A stretch of 63,117 nt of DNA, counting the filler, from Stramenopiles sp. TOSAG23-3 (lineage: Eukaryota): the NCBI GenBank assembly GCA_900128585.1. It is 12 parts of 12 records of this genome, joined end to end, with 100 filler letters (N's around TTAATTAATTAA, not from the genome) between each part and the next. Parts side by side here need not be neighbours in the genome. Positions count along the whole stretch, not along the records: positions 1 to 8,047 come from LT643073.1; positions 8,148 to 16,190 come from LT643074.1; 10 more parts are not named here. One strand, given 5' to 3'. The position numbers and the translations under genes were made by a program. Below the pieces are notes generated by a model. That model saw only the letters and a program-made list of their open reading frames with translations, ran no database searches and had not been told where the DNA came from. Shown here piece after piece: positions 1 to 10,679 of the stretch (positions are counted from its first letter, which is position 1; each line of letters begins with the position of its first letter).

Positions 1-108
1 AAAGAAACAAAGAAACAAAGAAACAAAGAAACAAAGAAACAAAGAAACAAAGAAACAAAGAAACAAAGAAACAAAGAAAAGAAGAAAAGAAGAAAAGAAG
101 AAACAAAG
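1..108. repeat. (AAAGAAAC)n / purine-rich microsatellite at contig start
   Basis: About 9 tandem AAAGAAAC units followed by GAAAAGAA units. Confidence 0.95.
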
Positions 109-671
109 ATTAGCTGTGCGTGAATGATGTGAAAGCACAACACAACATGCCTTCTTCATTCATTTCCTCTCCGTACATTACTACAGGTCCTCGTACCTGT
201 ACTTATAATAATAGATGTTGTAATTAGAGATATTATTACTACAGTATTACGGTTACTATTATTAAAATAAATTATTATTTATTATTATTATTCTCTTAAC
301 CGTAATAAAGACGACCGATGAATTAGCTTACACAGCATGATCATTTATTATTGTTGTGTTTTTTTTTTATGTTTGTAGACTTTTCTGACTTTTTTATTGA
401 GTTTATATTTGTTCAATGTTAACCTTTATCAAAGATTTTAAAACAGTTTGAAGAAACAAGATTTGCGAAGAAAATCTAATTGAGAAATTTTTAACGCACA
501 TCCGCTGATACAAGAAAACTGTGCTAAGTGTGGTTGGTTGTTTCGGACAAGGACGTGCGCGTGCTGTGTGAAGGCGTGGATAGAAGAATGGACGTGTAAC
601 GGGTAGTGCGTTTTCTCGAATAGATATATATGTATGTATGTACGTAAGCGTGTAATTAGGACCGCGAAAAT

Positions 672-2177
672 ATGAGGTACCCTTTGATTGCTGTAATATC
701 GTGTGTGGTATTCCTCGTCGGATCGCTGCCTGGTGTTTGGGGATCGCGAAGATTTACCGTAAAAAATTGTACCGAATGCGTCGTGCGAGACGCGCGCGTG
801 AAAAGGGCGGAGATTATTATTGCCTATTGCAGCGAGGTGGCACAACAGTGCACTTGCCACAACCACTACCGTCTACCCAAAGACAGTGCGGAGAGGATAT
901 GCCGCCATGAGCTTCGTGGGCTGCAATATCCTCAAGTCGTCAACTACGTTTATATCGTCCCCTTGTTCACATTCCTTTTTGTTTTTGCTCTGTTGCTGCA
1001 GTGCAAAAAAGTACGGGCAAACCTGAAGCGGCGGAAAGCACAAGGTGTGCACGGCACCCTTTACGATGGCCCTTGCGTCACCCCCCACACTGCTCTGTTC
1101 GGAAACAAGGCCATCATTGCGCTGAACTGGGCGCTTCTGTTTTTGTCTTCCAGGCTGGTAGTGCACGCGTTTGACGGTTTTGATGGCCTGAACTACATGC
1201 TACCGACGTTGTTGGTTCAAATTCTCAGTGGCACGGCAGAGAAGGCCTTGATGATGTCGGCTGTGCTGGTCGCGTTTGTCTGGTACAGACTGAGCACGGG
1301 CCTCGACGAGGTACAAGCCGGATTGGGAGTGTCGTTTAGGGGGGGGGGGAGATTTTACGTTGAGTTTACGGCTGCTAGATTGAACCATGTTTTGCTGTTT
1401 TGCATCCTCTCAAGTTGGATTTTTTACCCGTTTTTGTTGATTTTCGGTGTAAATAACCAGGGGACCCACAAGGCCTTGACAGGATTTTTTGTTGTTGGAT
1501 TGGGGTTCTTCGTAAGCTACTTCGGTAAACGGTTCATGAAAATGTTAATAAACATGCTTCAAGAGGAGCAGCCCGACATTATTCCACAGGAGAACCCGAT
1601 GAATCAGGGGCCAATCCTGGCTGCGCAACCGAGCATACGAGGTGCTCTCCAAAACAAGGTAAACGCAATGCACGTGATGTCGTCCACGCAAGGGTGGAAG
1701 CTCCATGGAATCTCCAAGAACAAAAAAATTTCAACACGCACTAGGAAAAAAGCCGAGCTTGCACTCTTAATGGGGAAATACTTGATTATGGGACGGATCT
1801 ACATGGTTTTGTTCTGCCTGTATGTGCTTGTGTTTGAAATTATCATTGATGAAAAAACGCCATTGGTGATATGCATAGAACGGACGTCCCTTAGGTCAAT
1901 AAACGCCATGATCGTATTTATATTGCTGAGAGTCTTAGAGGGTACAAAACAGAGCATGATGTTTCCAAGGTGCTGCCGAAAGCTCGCTAAAAGTAGTACG
2001 GCTCAGGTCATAAAGATCGTAAGGCTCTCGGAGCGCAGCTTCCGAAGTGGGGGTCGGAAGACAGAGAAATCTGACCATTTTGAAATCCAGTTGTCTAATA
2101 TTGATAGGACAATAAGTAGGCGCAGAAACAGTTGGGACCACGATGAGCACGGTGCCAGACTTACGGTGCCGGGATAA
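672..2177 (+). CDS. Signal peptide + Cys-rich ectodomain + multi-pass (about 7 TM) membrane protein, GPCR-like/THH1-TOM1-like
   Basis: 501-aa ORF; hydrophobic N-terminus, CTEC...C...CTC...C ectodomain, about 7 hydrophobic segments, long basic loop before the last two TMs; family call is an inference. Confidence 0.6.
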   Translation: MRYPLIAVISCVVFLVGSLPGVWGSRRFTVKNCTECVVRDARVKRAEIIIAYCSEVAQQCTCHNHYRLPKDSAERICRHELRGLQYPQVVNYVYIVPLFTFLFVFALLLQCKKVRANLKRRKAQGVHGTLYDGPCVTPHTALFGNKAIIALNWALLFLSSRLVVHAFDGFDGLNYMLPTLLVQILSGTAEKALMMSAVLVAFVWYRLSTGLDEVQAGLGVSFRGGGRFYVEFTAARLNHVLLFCILSSWIFYPFLLIFGVNNQGTHKALTGFFVVGLGFFVSYFGKRFMKMLINMLQEEQPDIIPQENPMNQGPILAAQPSIRGALQNKVNAMHVMSSTQGWKLHGISKNKKISTRTRKKAELALLMGKYLIMGRIYMVLFCLYVLVFEIIIDEKTPLVICIERTSLRSINAMIVFILLRVLEGTKQSMMFPRCCRKLAKSSTAQVIKIVRLSERSFRSGGRKTEKSDHFEIQLSNIDRTISRRRNSWDHDEHGARLTVPG

Positions 2178-2420
2178 AGACTGGCAGCGTAGTGTTGCCA
2201 CGCACGGAAAGCTGTCTCTCCGGGACTCAAAATCGGCGTGCGCACGCGCTGAACTTTAAAAGAAAATCCACCGCGAGAGAGATTAGAGGAGAGCGGGTGT
2301 GAAAATTTCTTTTTAATTTTGATAAGAATTGATATGATACATAAAAGTACTCATGAAGAAAAGGTAAATTTTAATTACACGTTTAATCAACAGAGCCCCT
2401 TTATTTTTGTTTTTAAAACA

Positions 2421-2845
2421 CAAGAAAATTGGCTGTTATTTAATATTTAAGTAATTAAATTTAGCTTCGTCGTACCCTAATCCTAACCTGGTTCTGTAAT
2501 TTCGTCTCATTGATGGTTGTCAATCATCATTTTTTTTTATAGTGGAGACCATGAACTATCCGGAGCGATAACTGAATTGGCATTGCTTGCAGATGAACCG
2601 TAATCAACTTCCTCATCCGATATCTCCCTCAGAGATAAATCAACCCTTATACCATCTTCCAAGCAGCGGCTTAATTGTTTTAGAGGTGCTCGTTGTCTGA
2701 CTTGGAAATCGGTCAAGGGGTTTTTATCTGTGGGTTGAGATGTCGGGGGAGGGTCGTTTGCGTTTTAAAGTACATGCTCAAAATGAATAGGAGATTATGA
2801 CGAAACTAAATTTAATTACTTAAATAACAGCCAATTTTCTTGTTT
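2421..2845. mobile_element. MITE-like element, copy 1 (family A), with terminal inverted repeats
   Basis: Left end CAAGAAAATTGGCTGTTATTT...AAGTAATTAAATTTAGCTTCGTCGTA (from 2421) mirrors right end TATGACGAAACTAAATTTAATTACTTAAATAACAGCCAATTTTCTTGTTT (about 2797-2845); the interior recurs at 33183-33310 and 45125-45300. Confidence 0.65.
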
Positions 2846-2894
2846 AATGAATAGGAGATAAATTTTATTAAATAACAGCCAATTTTTCTTGTTT

Positions 2895-3794
2895 TTACTC
2901 GAGCTGGTATAGCCCTTTTTCATACTCCACCAACGTGGATTTCACGCGCTCTAAGCTCCCCACGATGTCCTGCCTGGTTTCGCCGTCTAGCTGGCCACCA
3001 ATAGATGGCCGGTCTCCAAAGACTTTGTAGTACAGCATCAAAGCGCCCAGCCAGTATAGGTAATTCTTGTACGTCCAATTGGACAAAACAGGACGGTCCC
3101 CCCTGGTATAGATGGAGTCCATTGACTTGATCTGGTTCTTTATCGTTTTGTAGTCGGGTGCGTGGGCCTCACCGTGCTTCCAATGCCACATCACAAACCC
3201 CCACATAACGGTGAACCATATATTCTCTCCGAACCTGCGTCCCTCATACGTATTCTGTACAAAGGGAATCCGCTTGTTCCTTACTAGGTATATGCAGACA
3301 GCGTACATGCACCTGATACCTATCCCCATGTTCATTTGGGTTTTCAACGAGTCCGTTTGACCGGGCCGCGCCCGCCCCCTTCGTACGTTTACCGGGAAAA
3401 CGTCATAGTTGAACACTAAGTTTGACGCGATCATGCCAGCAATGAATGTGTGCCACTCTTTCGGTTCTTTCGTCAGGGGGGCGCCAGACACCAACGAACC
3501 AAATCTTCCCAGTCCCTTTTCGGACAACTTGTACAAAACGCAGATTCGAGCTAGGATCCAACCGTGATCCCAGACTTGAGGGATCAAAAAAGTCAGGTTG
3601 CTCGACAACGACCTCGGCTGACTGGTTGCGTCCATAAACAAGTACTCACGAAACAGTGACGTGATCATGTAAGGGACACGCGTTGCGACCCCAAAAAAAA
3701 TCCCCTCTCTCAAACCTCGCAAAAGTTCCCCGACGAGACCGTCATTACCTACAAGCGGTAGGGCCGATACCACACTATGAACAAACGAATTCAT
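2895..3794 (-). CDS. PXMP4: Peroxisomal membrane protein 4 (PXMP4/PMP24, Tim17 superfamily)-like
   Basis: LRGLREGIFFGVATRVPY, HGWILARICVLYK, HTFIAGMIA, QMNMGIGIRCMYA, VMWGFVMW, KSMDSIY run colinear with PXMP4 motifs (KGFRNGAVYGAKIRAPH ... VVWGLVLWLF ... SSMTYLY). Confidence 0.75.
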   Translation of the reverse strand: MNSFVHSVVSALPLVGNDGLVGELLRGLREGIFFGVATRVPYMITSLFREYLFMDATSQPRSLSSNLTFLIPQVWDHGWILARICVLYKLSEKGLGRFGSLVSGAPLTKEPKEWHTFIAGMIASNLVFNYDVFPVNVRRGRARPGQTDSLKTQMNMGIGIRCMYAVCIYLVRNKRIPFVQNTYEGRRFGENIWFTVMWGFVMWHWKHGEAHAPDYKTIKNQIKSMDSIYTRGDRPVLSNWTYKNYLYWLGALMLYYKVFGDRPSIGGQLDGETRQDIVGSLERVKSTLVEYEKGLYQLE

Positions 3795-4819
3795 TGAATT
3801 CTACTGAAGGGGGGGGGGAGTGGCAAAAGGGACGGGAAGAAACTCTAACGAAAGGGGGTCCAAAAAAATCACACAACTAAAAGATAGATATATCTACACG
3901 GACGGGCAAAGTGTCCGCAACCAATTTCAATTTCAATTTTTTTGCTGTTGAGGCTTTGTAAGCACGTACTCCGGTTGGCCACAAACTTTTCCTTTTTTTT
4001 TCATCATCAGTACAAATTCAATAAAGTAAAAAAAAAGCTCAACAATTACTGTGTATTATATTTTTATGTATTTTTTTTTTTACCGAAGAAGAAAAAAAAT
4101 ATAATAAATAAAATAAAAAAATATACGTAAAATAATAATCTTCTTCCATCATCGTCAAGCAGCTATTATCGGTATAATAAACAATATAATATAACGGCAG
4201 CAACTAAAACAGTTTTAAAAAAAGAAGAAGAAGAAGAAGAAGAACAACAAAAAAAGAAAAAAAAAATAATTTCAAATAATAAAATTAATAAATCTCTATT
4301 AAAAGACTCTTATAACTACATACGACTACGAACTGGTCAATTATTAATTACGAAGAGTACGTAGACTAAACTAAATAGACAACTACGAGGAGTCGTGTAT
4401 TTAAATTATTTAGCCACAACAGTCTACGAGGAGTACGAGCGATCATTCAACATCGTTTTTTTAATCCTGAATCCTGATGATGAAGCCTATTGTAAAAAAT
4501 ATATAAGTTAAAGTTGTATATAAAATAAGATAATAATAGTCTAATAATCTAAATAGAAATATATTGGATAATCTAAATAGAAATATATTGGATAATAATA
4601 TATAATTTAATAATACAGTAGGAACACAACGCGGAGGAGGGAGATGAAAATAAAATGAAAAAATGGGGGCGGAATTTGGATAGGATAGACTAGTTAATAC
4701 TACCAAGTACTAGTCTACGATGAGTTGTAATTAATAATAATACCGGTTACGGGCTGGGCAACAATACACAAAAGACACTACATCAACACAGCATAAACAA
4801 ATATTTATGATGCATGGAT

Positions 4820-4990
4820 AGAAGAAGAAAGAAGAAGAAAAGAAAGAAGAAGAAGAAGAAGAAGAAGAAGAAGAAGAGAAGAAGAAAGAAGAAGAAGAAG
4901 AAGAAGAAGAAGAAGAAGAAGAAGAAGAAGAAGAAGAAGAAGAAGAAGAAAAAGCAAAGAAGAAGAAGAAGAAGAAGAAGAAGAAGAAGG
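4820..4990. repeat. (GAA)n microsatellite
   Basis: Long GAA run in a divergent intergenic region. Confidence 0.95.
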
Positions 4991-5317
4991 AACAATTTTT
5001 ATAGCTAATAATAATAAAATAAATAATTCAAAAAGAAGAGAAGAGAAGAAGAAAAAAAAAAGTAAAAAAATCAATTTTTGCACAGCGAGCAGTGGTAAAC
5101 AAAATTGAACGCACGCCGGTAGTTGCATTTAAATACGACACGGGACGATGGATATTCGGAGAAGAAATACAAAAGATTTCTACAAGAGATTTTATTACCT
5201 ACGAAGGGGAAACGTTGAGAAAACATTCTCAAGGTGTTATTTATTGGTTGATTTTTGAACAGGATAAGAAGAGGGCCGTCTGCGGACGACATAAAAAAAC
5301 CGTTCGAAAGTGGAAGT

Positions 5318-6441
5318 ATGAACAATCAGCTGTTGTCGTACGTTTTGCTTCTTTTAGCGAATGCATTCTTTGCGTTATGGGATATATTCGTAAGGGAAAT
5401 TTTCTCCCTGTCAAAGCATCCGTTCAATCCTTTGCTGTTTCTTATCCTAAGAACCGTTATTGTGGGGACAATAAACACTGCGAACGCCTATCGAAGGCAC
5501 GGGTTTCGGGTTGCAAAGGAAGAGCACGGACGGTTTAAGTTCGACGACCGCAGGTTCTTGGAGTGGGCTTTGTTTACACCTCGGCGGCGCCAGATGCTCG
5601 TCGTCACAACATCTTTGTGCGGCATATTTTTCACACAGACCGGGTACCTTTACGGAGTAAAGTTTACCTCTGCGACCCATGGCGCCGTGCTTCAACCTAG
5701 TATCGCCGTGGTTGCGATGGTTCTCGCGGTATTCCTGGGTGCGGAGACATTGGGAAGCGGGGAAGAGAAAAAGAATAAGCTTATTGGCCTGGTTCTGTCT
5801 GTTGGGGGGGCGGTAGTGATTGTTTTGGGAAGTGGTCATCACACGCCCTCCAAGGGAGCGTTGCACGTGCCAAAGGCTTACCCAATAATGGGCACGTCGT
5901 TCCTGTTGATTGAAGTTGTCGCCATGGCGTTCTTTTACATACTGTTGCCTGTCCTTAGCAGGTTCTACCACTCGGAATGGGTCACTGCATGGTTGTTTTG
6001 GGCCGCGCTCCCCTGTTACATTTTTATATTTGTCTTGCTCCTGGAGATTGAGCCAATAAATTCAAACCAATTCATTTTCGATCGATTATTGTGTTTTATT
6101 ACAATTCGATCGTATTTAGTAGCCAGCACATCAGCGGCAGCATGGCCTCCCTGTTCGCATGCTCGCACCCAGTTGTGACTGCATTCCTATCGGTCCTGAT
6201 TCTAGGGAGGCCTGCGACGATGTTTGATGCTTGCGGTGGGGTGTTGATTTGCATTGGGTTTTATCAGAGCATTAAGCTGAAGTTGAAAGCAGAATCGAAA
6301 AAGTTCAAGGGGGGGGACGCTTCCAAGAACCAGTTTAAACCGTTTCGCGACCAAGATAGCGATGACGAAATCGGAGAGCTCGGCGATAGCAGCAGCGACG
6401 ATCAACGCTATTCCAGCAGCGATGACAGCTATGGGCTATGA
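5318..6441 (+). CDS. EamA/DMT (WAT1-like) transporter, split by a frame change at about 6060-6120
   Basis: ORF 5318-6178 has GYLYGVKFTSATHGAVLQPSIAVVAMVLAVFLGAE and KLIGLVLSVGGAVVI; ORF 6091-6441 supplies the end of the second EamA repeat (ISGSMASLFACSHPVVTAFLSVLILG...GGVLICIG). Confidence 0.75.
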
Positions 6442-6554
6442 CGATTGAGCCGCGGGTTCCAGTTTAGATTTGGCTGTTACGTTTACTAATTAAGAGATTA
6501 AAAAATATTTAAATCAGTATATTACTGAATTAACTGAGAATTAGTTTTTTGAAA

Positions 6555-8021
6555 TCAGTATATGGAATAGCGCCTGGGGTTGTGTGGGTGGCTCTGCTCT
6601 TCAGAGTCCATCAAAAATCCGGATGGTTCGTTGCTTTCACGTTCTGGTTCTACCTTTAGGGTCTGATCCTTCTGGTTCGTTGGACGGTGCTGTTGGCCCT
6701 TCCGGGGATTTGAGGTGGAAGAAGCGAGAACAGAATCCAACATCTCCCACTGTTGTTGCAAAATGGCAATATCGTTTTGCATTTCATCGAGATTTTCATT
6801 GCCCCTTGCCTGGGTGCGCCCACGTTTGATTTGACAATCGATCCAGCTCATCATCATCAAACAACGATCGGTCACCTGGTCTGCAAATCGAGATCGCTCC
6901 GCGCTCATGGTTGCAAGTTTCCCTGACCGTGTCCCTGACATGCGCGGGGTAGGGTCAAAGTCGGATAATTTTTCCAAAATTATAGCCAACGCTGGAAGGG
7001 CATGTGCATTGGCCAACAACCTTTTGTGGCCTTTTTCTCTGCCCATCAAGTCGGAGATTTTATTGATAGCCTTTGAAATACGATAGATAACTGACTTTGT
7101 AAATTCATGGTCAACCTTACCCGAAACGCCTTGAAATCCACCGTGGTTGGACTTCTCCATGGAGTCGCTCAGACGATCCCACATTTCATTGATTTCGTTG
7201 TTTTTTTTCAAGTGTTCGAGGCTTGGAATTTCAATGGCCATGCCTTCCCCTCCATTGTTGTCCTCGGTCCTGCGCATACCCCTTTTTCGGCTGTTTCTCA
7301 CGCTATTCGGGCTGCCACCCGTTGGTTTTCGCTCACGCTCTCCCTTAGTAGAAGGCACTGTCATTGGTAGTCGTCCACCTCCCAGTCCCAAAATATCCCG
7401 TAAACGCGTGGTGCCGTTCCTCTCCAGCTCCAGCTTCAGAGAAATCAGCTCTACTTTGTTCTTGCTGCTGGGGAACTTTTTCAGTATTTTGAACAAGTCC
7501 TGTTCCCGCTTCGCGCTCTCGTCTAGAATGTTCTGGACGTCCGAGATTGTCATTTTCGCTCGTCTGGGGTCATGGCCCATCATGCTTTCCACAAAACTGT
7601 CCATCGATCCCATCAAGTTTGTCTTTTCCTGTTGCTCAAAATGGTACTGCCGCAACATGTCCCCTTCCATAACGTTGAAATCGCCATCTGCCTTCTTTGC
7701 AGAGCGAAGCCTTGATCTATGCTTTTGCTCGGCAACGTAGCCTCTATTCGAAGCAGCAGTCGCCGACGGTAGTCCGCCGATAACTTGCTGAACGGCTGTC
7801 TTTTCGCCACTCGGTACCAATGCTATCTCTTGGTGCGGCGGCAGTGGCGCTGTCCTTTTCACAAACTTTCCCGTAACCTCTCCGCTCTTTATGTACGCAG
7901 CAAGGGGTTCTTCACTTGCCATGAAGCTGGTCGCTCTTTCCTTGGACGGCGGTTTCGCTGGTGGAGGGGGCGGGGGGACTCCAGGCTCCTCCAAGTCTAA
8001 ATTCCGTAAAAGTTTTACCAT
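6555..8021 (-). CDS. Uncharacterised protein (Pro-rich N-terminus, coiled-coil/helical C-terminal half)
   Basis: 488-aa ORF with ATG and coding-like composition; no family recognised. Confidence 0.7.
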   Translation of the reverse strand: MVKLLRNLDLEEPGVPPPPPPAKPPSKERATSFMASEEPLAAYIKSGEVTGKFVKRTAPLPPHQEIALVPSGEKTAVQQVIGGLPSATAASNRGYVAEQKHRSRLRSAKKADGDFNVMEGDMLRQYHFEQQEKTNLMGSMDSFVESMMGHDPRRAKMTISDVQNILDESAKREQDLFKILKKFPSSKNKVELISLKLELERNGTTRLRDILGLGGGRLPMTVPSTKGERERKPTGGSPNSVRNSRKRGMRRTEDNNGGEGMAIEIPSLEHLKKNNEINEMWDRLSDSMEKSNHGGFQGVSGKVDHEFTKSVIYRISKAINKISDLMGREKGHKRLLANAHALPALAIILEKLSDFDPTPRMSGTRSGKLATMSAERSRFADQVTDRCLMMMSWIDCQIKRGRTQARGNENLDEMQNDIAILQQQWEMLDSVLASSTSNPRKGQQHRPTNQKDQTLKVEPERESNEPSGFLMDSEEQSHPHNPRRYSIY

Positions 8022-8047
8022 GGCAGCAGTTTTTGACTTTCGCCGCT

Positions 8048-8147
8048 NNNNNNNNNNNNNNNNNNNNNNNNNNNNNNNNNNNNNNNNNNNNTTAATTAAT
8101 TAANNNNNNNNNNNNNNNNNNNNNNNNNNNNNNNNNNNNNNNNNNNN
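8048..8147. other. Artificial contig spacer (N44-TTAATTAATTAA-N44)
   Basis: Same 100-nt six-frame-stop linker at 8048, 16191, 24333, 32456, 40557, 48647, 56730, 58009, 59287, 60564 and 61841. Confidence 0.99.
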
Positions 8148-9518
8148 AAGGAAGAAGGATACGAAGTAACACTTAAAGGATTTGGCAATGCAATTACGTA
8201 CCGCCGAAAGGACAAAATTGTCGCCCTCGATGGCCAATGGAAAAAGTTTGAACGTTGGCGTTCAGAGCGGAAAAAAATGGAGGAAAAGCGGAAGGAAACA
8301 AGCGATAAAAATAAAATAAAACAGATCGAAAAAGATATCGCCGCCATCCAGGCGCACCCAAAAGCTGTTCTTAAGGACTCGTTGAAACGGTTTGAAGCAC
8401 TGAAAGAAGAAGGGCTGCTGCAGATGATGGCCCCAGAGATTTTAATGTGCAGTCAAGTATACACGGAAATGTGCGAGGCCTGGAGCTTAGGCTCTGTTCT
8501 GTTCTTTATTTTTTCGCGGGGCAAAATGTTTGCTTCCGGCTCTGAAAAGAAAGAGGGCCAAGCCATTGATGACTATCGCCGAGAGTTGCTAAAGACAATA
8601 TTTGGGAGGTGTAGCCGAGCTCACATCCCGAAACAGATACGTAGCTACCCCGGGCGTCTAAACATTTCCGAGAAAAAAGAAGAAGACGGGAAGTACAAAC
8701 AAAAAATGGTCAGCTGGTTGAAAAAACGGGCCTTGGAAGATGATGACGAAAGCGTATTGGAAAAGATTGCGGGGTCCATAAACCAATTGCTTCAAATTCA
8801 TCCACGGAACCGTCTTTCTTTGCGCCAATTTCTCAAAGACGACCCGACGTTCGGCATGGCCGATTTTTCGGCGCCCAAGACGGTGGGAAAGAGTGCGAGA
8901 AAGAGCCCACGCAAGACTCCGGCAGGAACGGACACAACCCAAAAGCGAAAACTGGAGGGCGGGGGCAGTGCGTCGGCTGCCAAAAAGTCACGCGTAGAGG
9001 GTCCCGTCGATTCCCCGTCTGCACCAGGCAACCATGGTGGGTACTCGGCGCCAGCGCAAAGCTACGGTGGATATTCTGCACCGCCAGCCCGTTTTGACAA
9101 TTCCACCCCTGCGGCCCAGCGATGGTCAGATGCTGGTCCTGATGCTAGACAGGAAGGAGAAGTGGCCGAGCCACGATGGAAGGAGACGCGGGAAAGTGAA
9201 AGTCGGCGCTGGTCGGAGAACAAAGACGATAGCCGCAAAGACAACTGGAACAACTCTCCACGAGCCAACCATCAAAACCAGTGGGGGGATGCGGCCGACA
9301 ACCGCACACCCAGGCGTTGGGAAGATGAGGATACGCGCACTGGTGAGCGCAGCGGACGGCGCGATAGCCGGGAATCCGGAGGCGATAGGCGACAGAGCTG
9401 GGGAAGGAACGGAGGCAACAGACGTCAGAGCTGGGGTGACGGCGGCGGCAACAGGCGGCAAAGCTGGGGAGACGACAACCCTGACCGAAACCGTACCCCC
9501 AAAAGGTGGGAAGAGTGA
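8148..9518 (+). CDS. CMGC (CDK/MAPK)-like protein kinase C-lobe, 5'-truncated, probable pseudokinase, with disordered repeat tail
   Basis: Frame open from contig start: EVTLKGFGNA (DFG position), MMAPEILMCSQVYTEMCEAWSLGSVLF, INQLLQIHPRNRLS. Confidence 0.75.
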   Translation, partial: KEEGYEVTLKGFGNAITYRRKDKIVALDGQWKKFERWRSERKKMEEKRKETSDKNKIKQIEKDIAAIQAHPKAVLKDSLKRFEALKEEGLLQMMAPEILMCSQVYTEMCEAWSLGSVLFFIFSRGKMFASGSEKKEGQAIDDYRRELLKTIFGRCSRAHIPKQIRSYPGRLNISEKKEEDGKYKQKMVSWLKKRALEDDDESVLEKIAGSINQLLQIHPRNRLSLRQFLKDDPTFGMADFSAPKTVGKSARKSPRKTPAGTDTTQKRKLEGGGSASAAKKSRVEGPVDSPSAPGNHGGYSAPAQSYGGYSAPPARFDNSTPAAQRWSDAGPDARQEGEVAEPRWKETRESESRRWSENKDDSRKDNWNNSPRANHQNQWGDAADNRTPRRWEDEDTRTGERSGRRDSRESGGDRRQSWGRNGGNRRQSWGDGGGNRRQSWGDDNPDRNRTPKRWEE

Positions 9519-9785
9519 GCTACACGAAGCGTAAGCTTGCAAAATTCAGCGTGAATAATTCATTAAGAGCTTATATTATACTTAGTACGAATTTTTTTAA
9601 AAATGCTTTTATCTTTTTATTTAATAATTACTTATTTTTACATAGAGAAGTTCGCCCGCTTAATATTTGTACTGTTCTTACTTGTCGGCGATTGTATTAT
9701 ATTTCCCCCTAAACACTGGGTACTTCGAATATCATTACAGATTTACGCTTCAAGTTAATTTGTTTTAAAAATCCTCTTACCATAT

Positions 9786-10679
9786 TTAAAATGTGTCCTT
9801 CGCTTGTCGCAGCCTTGACATTACTGCGTCCTTCGGGGCGTCGAGGCTAAGTCCTAGTTTTGTGCGAATGATGTCTTCTTCTAGTCGCAAAAAAGGGTTG
9901 TACAGCAGTTCATCTTGCAGTGTGGTGGGAACCGTTGGTGCCCCATTTGCCCGTTGCTGCTGTACGTCATCGATCTTTTTCAAAAGTGCTCGGTTCCGCG
10001 GCTCCATCGTCAAGGCAAATGCCAAGTTACTCTCAGTATACTCATGCCCTACAAATATTTTCGAATCGAGAGGAACGGCATTTACAATAGTCTCAAGTGA
10101 TTTAACCATATCGTCCCCGGTTCCCTCAAAAAATCTCCCCGCCCCACCCACAAACAGGGTATCTCCAGGAAACAATAGATTTTCCTTTTCAAAATAGAAC
10201 GAGACATGCCCTGCCGTGTGGCAAGGAGTATCCAAAACTAGTATCTTATGTGGCCCAATAGCAATGCAGTCACCACCGCGCACGATGTCCGTCAAGCCCG
10301 GGAGAGGATCGTCGCCATCTACGGGCCCATAAATTTTGCAACCCTCTATCCTTGATTTGACATCCAAGTTACCACCTATGTGATCCCAGTGTTTGTGCGT
10401 TGATAAAACTGCGTCGAGTGTAAGGCCGAGCCTTTTCGCTTCACGCAGAACCGGTTCTGCTTCACCAACGTCGATCGCTAGACAACTTTTTGCGTCTTCA
10501 TTTATCACCAAGTAGGAGTAGTTATCTTCCAACACAGGAACGATCACAACGTTACCCGAAGCACAAACCGTTGTTGAAAATTTTAAGCACGCCGATGTTG
10601 CCCCGACAAGGCGCCTTTTGGTAGCCGCGAGAAACAGCGTTCGTGGAAGACTGCCGCGACGACGAGTCAGGAACGACAT
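9786..10679 (-). CDS. HAGH: Hydroxyacylglutathione hydrolase (glyoxalase II), probably mitochondrial
   Basis: LEDNYSYLV, THKHWDHIGGN, TPCHTAGHV, FPGDTLFVGGAGRFFEG, GHEYT, PTTLQDELLYNPFLR; likely start MSFLTRRR (ATG 10679) is Arg/Ser-rich like a transit peptide. Confidence 0.95.
   Translation of the reverse strand: MSFLTRRRGSLPRTLFLAATKRRLVGATSACLKFSTTVCASGNVVIVPVLEDNYSYLVINEDAKSCLAIDVGEAEPVLREAKRLGLTLDAVLSTHKHWDHIGGNLDVKSRIEGCKIYGPVDGDDPLPGLTDIVRGGDCIAIGPHKILVLDTPCHTAGHVSFYFEKENLLFPGDTLFVGGAGRFFEGTGDDMVKSLETIVNAVPLDSKIFVGHEYTESNLAFALTMEPRNRALLKKIDDVQQQRANGAPTVPTTLQDELLYNPFLRLEEDIIRTKLGLSLDAPKDAVMSRLRQAKDTF

Noticed and set aside
4783-5128. Poly-F/L/K/R ORFs here and at 10873-11270, 13933-14235 and 40605-41031
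   Set aside because: Translations of GAA/TTC microsatellites.
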